DNA from: Microcoleus vaginatus WJT46-NPBG5
Lineage (GTDB): Bacteria > Cyanobacteriota > Cyanobacteriia > Cyanobacteriales > Oscillatoriaceae
Length of the DNA: 64,000 nucleotides
Direction of reading: 5' to 3'
NCBI GenBank assembly: GCA_019359355.1
Contig: JAHHHM010000015.1
Location: forward strand, 109,147-173,146
Below, one piece after another: positions 49,971 to 58,472 of the stretch. The notes under the pieces were generated by a model that searched no databases, was not told the origin of the DNA, and saw nothing but the letters and a program-made list of their open reading frames with translations. Made by a program: the position numbers and the translations under genes. Within the stretch, counting starts at the first letter, position 1; every line of letters starts with the position of its first letter.

Positions 49971-50159
49971 AAAAGAGAATTACAGCTATGACTTCATAAT
50001 TAGAAAGAGACGGTAGCGACATCACTAAAAAGATGGCAGGCTACCACCAATTCCATGCCGTCAATAAAGCCATTGAGCGCACCATAGCGGCAACCAACCC
50101 ATGATAGGAACTGCTACAAGTCGCTGCCGGTGACGTTGCCTTCACCAAGAGTTATAAAT

Positions 50160-50339
50160 TCACCGTTCTGCGATAACTCTATTGATTGTCCTAACCAACT
50201 TTCTCTGAAGGCGAGAATGGCAAGTTTTTGGCAGGAATGCCTGAATAATTTCACGGTTGATATACTCAGTGGCCGGCTTTGTTTCTGGGAGTTTCAAAAA
50301 TTCTTCTAAGTCTAGAGATTGAGGAAATATTTGTACCAT
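50160..50339 (-). pseudogene. Truncated Uma2-family endonuclease gene; only the N-terminal 59 aa are in frame
   Basis: Reverse translation gives MVQIFPQSLDLEEFLKLPETKPATEYINREIIQAFLPKTCHSRLQ..., a typical Uma2 N-terminus, which then hits a stop. The downstream sequence lacks the catalytic region. Confidence 0.45.
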
Positions 50340-50460
50340 TTGAGGCTGCCTCCGTGAGCAGAATCAGACGGATGATATCTTAGTATTGTAATATTAAAGT
50401 GGATGCCGGCCTCGCTTTGAGTGTAAAATTAAATCATATTTTATATAGCAATTTAAGATA

Positions 50461-50649
50461 ATGAGGATTAAAGAACAGCTCCTTCAGGAACTTGATCAAG
50501 TGCCGGAATCTACCTTGCAGGAAGTGCTTGAATTTGTGCGTTCTCTGAAAGCTGAGAAACAATCTAACATAGAGGATCGGGTATGGCAGGCATACCTGGA
50601 ATCAGAACGGGAGAGAGAGGAGGTTTACCGTCGCCTTGCAAATTCCTGA
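50461..50649 (+). CDS. Putative type II antitoxin (DUF2281/Phd-like small acidic protein)
   Basis: 62-aa ORF, QELDQVPESTLQEVLEFVRSLK. It overlaps the start of the Doc toxin gene by 14 bp. Confidence 0.5.
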   Translation: MRIKEQLLQELDQVPESTLQEVLEFVRSLKAEKQSNIEDRVWQAYLESEREREEVYRRLANS

Positions 50650-51030
50650 GTTTCTCAACAAAACTGCGGTTCTAAAGATTCATGCTAGACAAATTGCTAG
50701 CTTTGGAGGAAGTGAGGGAATCAGAGATAGCGGTTTGCTAGAGTCTGCTCTTGCTCAACCTCAAGCAACATTTGCCGGCAACCTCTACACGCTACAATTC
50801 ACGAACAAGCTGCCGCATATCTTTATCACTTGGCAATGAATCATCCGTTTATAGACGACAATAAACGGACAGCGTTTGCGGTGATGGATACTTTTTTACG
50901 ATTGAATCGCTATTCTCTGAATTTGACGGATGAGCAGGCGTATGACTTGGTGATTCAGGTTGTTCAGAGTCTGATGAGTAAAGCTGAATTAGGGAACTTT
51001 TTAGAACAAGCAATTTCACCGGCACGATAA
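50636..51030 (+). pseudogene. doc: Doc/Fic-family toxin gene disrupted by a frameshift near 50790-50800
   Basis: Frame 2 encodes ...FGGSEGIRDSGLLESALAQPQ...FAGNLYTL, then frame 1 continues ...EQAAAYLYHLAMNHPFIDDNKRTAFAV.... The Doc catalytic motif HPFxDGNKR is present, but the ORF is split into 50636-50839 and 50830-51030. Confidence 0.6.
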
Positions 51031-51160
51031 ATGGCGGGGAAGAAAAGATTGCCGGCATTAACTTTTTTGTCAGATTGCGGAAATAGGATTTTTGATGCTG
51101 TGTCTATATATGCAGAAGGCAATGATCTGAACAATTGAACGTTTAAGTAGAGAAAATCCT

Positions 51161-51865
51161 ATGAAAATTGCACCGTTAAAGTTTAGTGGAATCGCGCTTC
51201 GTTTAGGAATTGCTTCTATCCTGCTGCTCAATACGGTTGGTTGTCAATCGCAAACCTCAGATCGAGCGATCAACGCTCAACCATTAACTACCACACCGAT
51301 TGCTTCCGAGTCACCGGCACCCGCTGGCAACCAAGCTCAGCGCTTCTATTCTGCGAAAGTAACACCGCAGGGGTTTGGTGCAATTCGAGTTGGCATGACG
51401 GTTGAGGAAGCCTCTCAAGCTGCCGGCACTCAACTGGTTGCATTAGATGGCAAAGCTCCCTATATCAACGAAAGTTGTAGCTATGTGAAGTTGCCAGATG
51501 GCCCGAATGGGTTGGAGTTTATGCTTAATGACAATCGCATTGTTCGCGTGGATTTAAGTTCTCAAATTACCAAAGAAATTAATAATCGGCCTCAGTTGGT
51601 TGATATCACTCAAGAGATTCGCACAATTTCAACTCTCAGGGGTGCGAGAATTGGTGATACGGAAGCCCAAATTAAAAGTTTATATGCTGGACAATTGGAA
51701 ATCACCGACCATAAATATATCCCTGGAGGGCATTTTATGACGGTGACTTCCAAAGCGGCGGAGGATAGGAACTATCGCTTAATTTTTGAGACTGACGGGA
51801 ATCGTGTTAAGTATATCCGAGCCGGCCAGGTGCCTGAAATTGATTTGGTTGAGCGTTGTGGTTAA
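51161..51865 (+). CDS. Hypothetical lipoprotein
   Basis: Signal peptide with a lipobox (LLLNTVGCQS). Confidence 0.5.
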   Translation: MKIAPLKFSGIALRLGIASILLLNTVGCQSQTSDRAINAQPLTTTPIASESPAPAGNQAQRFYSAKVTPQGFGAIRVGMTVEEASQAAGTQLVALDGKAPYINESCSYVKLPDGPNGLEFMLNDNRIVRVDLSSQITKEINNRPQLVDITQEIRTISTLRGARIGDTEAQIKSLYAGQLEITDHKYIPGGHFMTVTSKAAEDRNYRLIFETDGNRVKYIRAGQVPEIDLVERCG

Positions 51866-51947
51866 ATCGTAAAAACGCGGCGATTGTAATCGATTGAAGC
51901 AGGAATGCCGGCAGGATATGATAAGGTCAACGGGGGTAAATTGTAAC

Positions 51948-52316
51948 CTACAGTTCTAAAGCATTCTGCTTCAGTTCGTTTAAAGAAGCGTATTCTAAAG
52001 CTGAGGCATGAGTTGCCGGCAGAACCACAGGCGGTGCAACTCCTGCATCCAGCGCTTCCTTCCAGCGAGAGGCGCACAAACACCAGCGATCTCCCGGTTT
52101 CAAGCCTGGAAAATTAAACGCCGGCACAGGGGTACTCAAATCATTTCCCCTCGACTTCGTGTAGTTTAAAAATTCTTCCGTCATTTGGGCACAAACAACG
52201 TGAGCACCCATGTCACCCCCACCCGTGTTGCATTTGCCATCCCGATAAAATCCGGTGATGGGGGATGTGCAGCAAGTTTCCAGTTTTCCACCCAGAACGT
52301 TACTAGCTTCTCTCAC
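51948..52316 (-). CDS. DUF2237-family small Cys-rich protein
   Basis: Conserved Cys pattern CCTSPITGFYRDGKCNTGGGDMGAHVVC...CLC. Confidence 0.55.
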   Translation of the reverse strand: MREASNVLGGKLETCCTSPITGFYRDGKCNTGGGDMGAHVVCAQMTEEFLNYTKSRGNDLSTPVPAFNFPGLKPGDRWCLCASRWKEALDAGVAPPVVLPATHASALEYASLNELKQNALEL

Positions 52317-52407
52317 AATTGCAACTTCTCCACAATAGTTTTTCTTTGGTTAGATTAGCCATATAGATTCATTTTTAGCAAGTGGTATGACGGTGAAGCA
52401 TCGTTCT

Positions 52408-52524
52408 TTACTTTTTGCCGGTTGTAAAGACGCGCCACATAATGAAGCCGGCGAAGGCTATATAGCCCAACACAGTCACCCAATCTTGCCAATTTCCTTG
52501 AATCGTTGTCGCAAAGTCATCCAC
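52408..52524 (-). CDS. Candidate unannotated 38-aa single-TM small protein with a GTG start
   Basis: The minus strand reads AGGA-N6-GTG GAT GAC ..., giving (M)DDFATTIQGNWQDWVTVLGYIAFAGFIMWRVFTTGKK then a stop. It has one hydrophobic helix and an RBS-like AGGA. It is too short for the ORF track. Confidence 0.25.
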   Translation of the reverse strand: MDDFATTIQGNWQDWVTVLGYIAFAGFIMWRVFTTGKK

Positions 52525-52552
52525 GATGAATCCTCACATTAATTTCTGTTGG

Positions 52553-52981
52553 TTAAGAAGCAGAATTTTGGTTAATTCGAGCCATTAACTGAATTCCACC
52601 CACTTCAGATGTAAAACCCCACTGCTCGTAAAAAGGCATCATCTCTGGCAAACAGTACAAACCTAAATATTCCACTGATTGCAATTGAGGATGATTGACA
52701 AGAGAATCGATTAACTTTTTTCCTAAACCTTGATTTCTATGGGTAGACTTAACAATTACATCAAAAATAAATGCCCTATAGACGAAATCTGTTAAAACAC
52801 GAATGAACGCGATCAGATGTTCATTTTTATCGACGAATCCAATCACAATATCTGAAGCCGCTAACATTTTTTCTACATCTTCTTGACTACGATTTTGACT
52901 CCAGAATTCATTTTTGTACAATTCTGTCAATTCTGAAATTTGCTGTTTGTTCAATTCTGAAATCATTCGATAGTTATTCAT
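52553..52981 (-). CDS. GNAT family N-acetyltransferase
   Basis: Motif A-like RNQGLGKKLI and the 142-aa size. Confidence 0.7.
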   Translation of the reverse strand: MNNYRMISELNKQQISELTELYKNEFWSQNRSQEDVEKMLAASDIVIGFVDKNEHLIAFIRVLTDFVYRAFIFDVIVKSTHRNQGLGKKLIDSLVNHPQLQSVEYLGLYCLPEMMPFYEQWGFTSEVGGIQLMARINQNSAS

Positions 52982-53110
52982 GATGATTTAGATAACGTCT
53001 GTGTTTTTCTATTTAATATTGCCATAGTTTCTCCAACACCAGACGATTTAAATATCTAATACTTAAGCAGTAGGGTGCGTGTGGTATACACCCTACTCTA
53101 GGCTGGCAAC

Positions 53111-54838
53111 TTAATATTTCCGTTCCTGCGGTTGAAATAGGGTAATAGCAACAGGCCGGTATTGCAAATCAATGCCGGCCGGCGAATAAAATGCGAGGGT
53201 ATGTTTCAAGAAATTCTCATCATCGCGCTCAGTGAAATCCTCCCGGCAATGAGCGCCCCGACTTTCTTGCCGGCTCAATGCAGAAGTGAGAATCACCTTA
53301 CCGACAATCATTAAGTTCCGCAGTTCAATTGCCTCAAGAATTTCAGTATTCCAGCAACTTCCCTTGTCATCTAAATAGATTTTCTGGTATTGTTGCTCTA
53401 ATACTTCCAGTTGATTTAAACCTTCGCGCATTGTTTCCTCAGTGCGAAACACCCCGCAATGATCCGTCATGCAATCTTGGAAAGATTGACGCAACTGCCC
53501 GATGCGAAGTTTACCGGCTTGATTTAGCAGCGATTGAATTTGTTTAACCGCAGCCGTTAAATAGCGTTGCTCATCCACTTGCGGCAGCTTGCGATTTTGC
53601 ACGTATTGAGCGATCGCCGCACCCGTCAGCTTGCCATAAACCACACATTCCAGCAGGGAATTACTTCCCAGCCGGTTTGCGCCGTGAACCGATACGCAAG
53701 CCGCCTCACCGGCAGCAAATAAGCCTTCGACAAATCCATCAACCCCACTCCGCACCTTGCCATCAATATTGACGGGTATGCCGCCCATCGAGTAGTGAAC
53801 AGTCGGACGGATGGGCATTGGCTTTTCAACCGCATCAATTCCCAGCAGCCGGTGTGCTTCTTCCCAAGCGAAAGGAACGCGAAGCATAATTTTCTCGCGC
53901 CCCATGTGCCGCAAATCCAGATACACAAAAGGGCCACCCGCACTGCCATCCGGATGAATACCTCGTCCTGCGCGAATTTCTTTGGTAATCGCGCGAGAGG
54001 TAATATCACGCGGCGCGAGTTCCATGCGACTGGGGGCGTAAGTTGCCATGAAGCGATCGCCTTCGCTGTTGATTAAATAGGCACCTTCACCGCGCACGGC
54101 TTCCGAAATCAACACACCCACAGGATACAAGCCGGTGGGATGGAATTGCACGAACTCCATATCCTGTAAAGGAATGCCGGCAAGAGCAGACATCGCCAAG
54201 CCGTCGCCGGTGGAGGCAAAATCATTCGAGGTGGTATTATAAGCACGACCATAACCGCCGGTGGCAAACATCACCGCCTTCGCACGCAGCACAGCCAGCT
54301 TGCCATCATCGATGCGGTACATGACAACGCCTTTAGCTTGCCCATCTTCCAAAATCATCTGCAAGACGTACCACTCATCATAGATATGGACACCATACCG
54401 GCGCAGGTTGTTAACCAATTCGTGTAAGATTGCGTGGCCGGTTTTGTCCGCCGCATAGCAAGTGCGGTTGTGAGAATGCCCGCCAAAGGCACGCTGGGCA
54501 ATGCGTCCATCGGGCAACCGGGAGAACAAAACGCCCATGTGTTCCAAATCAATCACCACATCAGGCGCTTCTTTGGCAAGAATTTCCACCGCATCTTGAT
54601 CGGCAAGATAGTCTGAACCCTTGACGGTATCAAACGCGTGGGCTTTCCAATCGTCCTCTGAATCAACGTTTTTGAGTGAGGCAGCCATGCCACCTTGGGC
54701 GGCAACCGAGTGAGAGCGAATCGGGTGGGTTTTCGCCACCACCGCTACTTTTAAATTCGGATCGGTGCGGGCAATTTCGACGGCGGCGCGACAGCCGGCT
54801 AATCCACCGCCAACAATAATCACATCATGCTCTAGCAT
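53111..54838 (-). CDS. sdhA: Succinate dehydrogenase/fumarate reductase flavoprotein subunit
   Basis: FAD-binding N-terminus VIIVGGGLAGCRAA, the H45-type SHSVAAQGG motif, and an RxxGxxS C-terminal domain. Confidence 0.9.
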   Translation of the reverse strand: MLEHDVIIVGGGLAGCRAAVEIARTDPNLKVAVVAKTHPIRSHSVAAQGGMAASLKNVDSEDDWKAHAFDTVKGSDYLADQDAVEILAKEAPDVVIDLEHMGVLFSRLPDGRIAQRAFGGHSHNRTCYAADKTGHAILHELVNNLRRYGVHIYDEWYVLQMILEDGQAKGVVMYRIDDGKLAVLRAKAVMFATGGYGRAYNTTSNDFASTGDGLAMSALAGIPLQDMEFVQFHPTGLYPVGVLISEAVRGEGAYLINSEGDRFMATYAPSRMELAPRDITSRAITKEIRAGRGIHPDGSAGGPFVYLDLRHMGREKIMLRVPFAWEEAHRLLGIDAVEKPMPIRPTVHYSMGGIPVNIDGKVRSGVDGFVEGLFAAGEAACVSVHGANRLGSNSLLECVVYGKLTGAAIAQYVQNRKLPQVDEQRYLTAAVKQIQSLLNQAGKLRIGQLRQSFQDCMTDHCGVFRTEETMREGLNQLEVLEQQYQKIYLDDKGSCWNTEILEAIELRNLMIVGKVILTSALSRQESRGAHCREDFTERDDENFLKHTLAFYSPAGIDLQYRPVAITLFQPQERKY

Positions 54839-54924
54839 ATTTTGCTTAATATCTGCGAATTTTGTCTATTGAGGCTTACCTACTGAAAAAAACTCCCCAC
54901 CAAAAGGCAGGGAAACTTTTAGAA

Positions 54925-54952
54925 AGGGCATAGGGCATGGGCAATAGGGCAT
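54925..54952. repeat. STRR-like heptamers (AGGGCAT AGGGCAT GGGCAAT AGGGCAT) upstream of sdhA
   Basis: Direct reading. It is the same heptamer family as at 6237. Confidence 0.5.
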
Positions 54953-54994
54953 CGAGGACACCTTCCAGTCTGCCCCTCTTACTCGCGCCGCTAT

Positions 54995-55303
54995 TCAGCT
55001 TGTGGCTTGGACGGTTTTCTGAGTGGGTACGTTGCCCTGCGGCTGTGGGTTTTTTCCGGTTTCTACCGGCGCAAACTCGATATGATTCAGCAGGGTGGTA
55101 ACGAAGGCAAATAGGAGGAAGGGGAGAGAGAGGACAAGGATGAGTCCAACGGTTGCCAGTGCGTAGATTTGGCGAGTGGTACTCCACAGCGCGAGTGCAG
55201 TGGCAAGGCTAATGAAGATGACCATTAACCAAACGATGATTTGACCGTAAATATCACCAAAGGTCAGGGTGCAGACTAAACGATATCCATTCGGGTTATT
55301 CAT
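54995..55303 (-). CDS. Hypothetical small membrane protein with 2-3 TM helices
   Basis: 102-aa hydrophobic ORF upstream of sdhA. Confidence 0.35.
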   Translation of the reverse strand: MNNPNGYRLVCTLTFGDIYGQIIVWLMVIFISLATALALWSTTRQIYALATVGLILVLSLPFLLFAFVTTLLNHIEFAPVETGKNPQPQGNVPTQKTVQATS

Positions 55304-56288
55304 AACGTCCCTCGCAACATTCGTTTAATTTTCTAGTGTAAAGCTCTGATTCAGTTGTAGAGGATTTTTAAAGATTTTTAAAATCCTTGCAATATGATTT
55401 TACATTTCGCTACGTTTGCTTGCGGTAATTCACACTGCCGGCATTGCGTCAAGTAAAATCCCAATTCCCCATACTGATTGTGTCTAATTTCCCTAATTCA
55501 GAAGAGTTCGCTTGAGATGTTGGTAGATTTTATTCACGAGTGCCGGTGTGATTTATTTTCATTTTAATCTATGAACGTACAGCAACAATTTTAACCTGTG
55601 CCTCACTCTCAAAAATTTGCGAGTGCTTTGGTCATAAAACATTGAATTATTCTATTTTTTTAAGATTTTTTTAAGATTTTTCAATGAATACAGTTAACGA
55701 ATGGCGGACGAACTCAGACATGAATTATTTCTGGATATTTTTTCCTGTGTACAATTAAAAAAGAATCATAGGTTATTGTTCTAGAAGCATAATTCATGAA
55801 AAAATAATCTCTAATTTAATTAAATAGTTTTTAGTTAAAAATCATACTTTTATTGAATTCAATCAAGCTTGATAGAAATTTGAGGCTATTGCCTAAAAAA
55901 ATATTCTGAAATGAATGGCAGTTATGACTGGAACCTCCTTGCTGTGCAAAGCTACGTGTAATCGTCATAAGTCTGAAGGTGCGGCAGATTCGCAAGATGT
56001 GCCGGCATCCAAAAAAGCAGATATTTAAGCAAATAACTGGGATTGCCATAAAATTTTGAATTTATACCATTCGCTAGCCGGCTTATCTAACGTAAATGAT
56101 GATGACAGTTACCCCCAAGTGTGAAACTTATGAAGAAGCCCATGCAATTTATAAGTGAGCCTTGCTAGTTAATTCACCCGTGTGGGCTTTCCTGAACCAA
56201 TTGAATAATTAACATGGATTAATTAGATTTGATATCATAGATTAGAAGTGCAAAAATTATTTTTCCTTAAAAATGGAGTTACTTTTCG

Positions 56289-57266
56289 ATGGTACTAATC
56301 CGCATTCCTAAAATTTGGGAAATTCCAGAACGAGAAGTGACCGCTGAAGATGTATTTTTCAACCGACGTCGCTTTGTCAAAACCCTAATTGGTGCCGGCA
56401 TCGGTGCCACAATTCTGCCCCTAGTCGGCTGCGAGAGCAAAACCAAAGCGAAAATCAATCCGGCTGCCGGCACCGAGGATCTGAGTTCCGTTCAACGCAA
56501 TCCCAAATTTGACAAAGTTGAACGACCGCTCACTGAAGAATCTCTGGCCTCTACCTACAATAACTTTTACGAATTTGGCGGCACCAAAGCCATTTGGGAA
56601 AACGCCCAAGCTTTGCCAACCGAACAGTGGAAAGTTGAAGTCAAAGGTTTGGTGAAAAACCCCCGCACTTATGATTTAGACGATCTCCAGAAAAAATTTC
56701 CCTTTGAAGAACGCATCTACCGATTTCGCTGCGTAGAAGCTTGGGCAATGGTGGTGCCGTGGATTGGGTTCCCCATGAAACAGCTAATTGCAGATGTAGA
56801 ACCGGCTTCTGCTGCTAAATTTGTTCGCTTCACCTCTTTCTACGACCCAAAAATAACTCCTGGCCCGTTACATTTTGGCGAGTTACCTTGGCCCTACACC
56901 GAAGGACTGCGGATCGAAGAGATGGCGAACGATCTAGCCTTCTTTGCCACCGGCATCTATGGCCACACCCTCCCCAAACAACACGGTGCGCCCATCCGCA
57001 TGGTTACACCCTGGAAATATGGCTTTAAAGGAGCCAAATCTATCGTTAAAATCGAATTTCTCGACCGACAACCGGCCACGTTTTGGAATAGCCTCATCCC
57101 CAGCGAATATGACTTTGAGGCCAACGTTAACCCCAGCAAACCCCACCCCCGCTGGTCACAGGCAACAGAACGAATCGTTGGGCCAGGGCCGGCCTTAACT
57201 TGGGAAAAACGCCCGACCCTGCCTTATAACGGTTACGGGGAGTACGTTGCGTCGCTATACACCTAA
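56289..57266 (+). CDS. msrP: Protein-methionine-sulfoxide reductase catalytic subunit MsrP (YedY-like molybdopterin oxidoreductase)
   Basis: Tat signal (RRRFVKTLIGAGIGA). Conserved YedY blocks (YEFGGTK, RFRCVEAWAMVVPWIGFPM, GAPIRMV). Confidence 0.85.
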   Translation: MVLIRIPKIWEIPEREVTAEDVFFNRRRFVKTLIGAGIGATILPLVGCESKTKAKINPAAGTEDLSSVQRNPKFDKVERPLTEESLASTYNNFYEFGGTKAIWENAQALPTEQWKVEVKGLVKNPRTYDLDDLQKKFPFEERIYRFRCVEAWAMVVPWIGFPMKQLIADVEPASAAKFVRFTSFYDPKITPGPLHFGELPWPYTEGLRIEEMANDLAFFATGIYGHTLPKQHGAPIRMVTPWKYGFKGAKSIVKIEFLDRQPATFWNSLIPSEYDFEANVNPSKPHPRWSQATERIVGPGPALTWEKRPTLPYNGYGEYVASLYT

Positions 57267-58261
57267 CGCAACGTGACAGCTACAGACCCAGCCGGACACT
57301 GACCCTGGCCGGTTGCACTGCTAGGGGCGGTTGGCATCGGGGGAGACGAGGTGGAAGGTTGCTCGGTTTCGCATAAAACGGGAATGGTGAGTTCTTCAGC
57401 ATTATTTGTCATCACAAAGACGGCAGCGCTGTAGCTTTTCAATTCCTCACTTTTTGCTTGGGCAGTCATCAGTACACTTTTAGTTGCATCGCCTTGCGGA
57501 ACAATCTGGTAGCGATAAAACTCGGTTTCTGGCTTAATTCCCAGACCTAGTTCTCCAATTGCCGCTGCGAATTTGTTGTTTTCTAAGAAATAAGCCTGCT
57601 GTGCTCTATTCAGCGCACTCATAAACAGTCTGGCTTCGCTTTGCTGTGCCATCCCTTTTTGCTCTTCAAACCCCACCACTTCAGTGTCCGCCGGCACCGT
57701 TGTGGCATCAGAAACCTTCTCGAATACGGTCGCCGCGTCAGTGAGTGCTGTAGGTCTGGGGACTCCAGGATTGGTGCCGTCGAGTTGCAAACGCATCTTG
57801 CCATCTGGGCCGACCTCAAACACGGTCATCACCGTATCATCACTATTAATTTGCACATCCAGGTGCATGGGGTTCTTGCCGGCATCAATGCGATAGCGCA
57901 TCTCAACTGCCGGGGCCGGCTTTTCAGGAGAGGGCAGTACAATGTAGAGTTTGTTTTCTGGCGCAAAGACAAACATCAGCAGTTCTTGCCCTGATGGATC
58001 TTTTGCCTGCCATTGCCCCAGTATTTGTTGAGCAACAGGGTTCGTTGCGGGGGCCGGCTGAGATTGGGCCACCACCGGCGCGATAGATGGCTGTGCGCTG
58101 ACTGACATACCCAAGTTGCCGGCAAGACCCAAAAACAGGCTGGATACGATTAATTGACTGGCAACTGAGAGTTTAGTCAGGCAGTTGCGCCGGTTCAGGA
58201 GGATGTTATTCATGAGAACCCAGATAAGGCGTTTTCTGGATTTTAGCGGAAACGCCGGCAA
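57263..58261 (-). CDS. Secreted protein with a type IV pilin-like G/H-family conserved block in its C-terminal half
   Basis: Signal peptide. LFMSALNRAQQAYFLENNKFAAAIGELGLG matches the block I recall from cyanobacterial pilin-like G/H-family proteins. It is preceded by an N-terminal domain of roughly 200 aa of unknown function. Confidence 0.45.
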   Translation of the reverse strand: MPAFPLKSRKRLIWVLMNNILLNRRNCLTKLSVASQLIVSSLFLGLAGNLGMSVSAQPSIAPVVAQSQPAPATNPVAQQILGQWQAKDPSGQELLMFVFAPENKLYIVLPSPEKPAPAVEMRYRIDAGKNPMHLDVQINSDDTVMTVFEVGPDGKMRLQLDGTNPGVPRPTALTDAATVFEKVSDATTVPADTEVVGFEEQKGMAQQSEARLFMSALNRAQQAYFLENNKFAAAIGELGLGIKPETEFYRYQIVPQGDATKSVLMTAQAKSEELKSYSAAVFVMTNNAEELTIPVLCETEQPSTSSPPMPTAPSSATGQGQCPAGSVAVTLR

Positions 58262-58472
58262 CCCGCCTCTGATACAAAGTTCTGAGCCGGCGAGTTTTGA
58301 GTCCTCTTTTGTTCCATAAATAACGACAAAAGTTAATAAAAAAAGGTAAAAGAAAATTTTTTTCTTTTACCTTTCGTTAACTTAGACTTCTTGCAAAAAA
58401 CGGTTTGATGCGTTTATTTAGAGATTTTTAATATTTTTGCAAGAAGTTTACCTTGGCATCAGGGTTTGGAGA

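Noticed and set aside
54876-55187. 103-aa ORF overlapping the STRR repeat upstream of sdhA
   Set aside because: It is repeat-encoded and Arg/Pro-rich, and it overlaps the better-supported small membrane ORF region. It is likely spurious.
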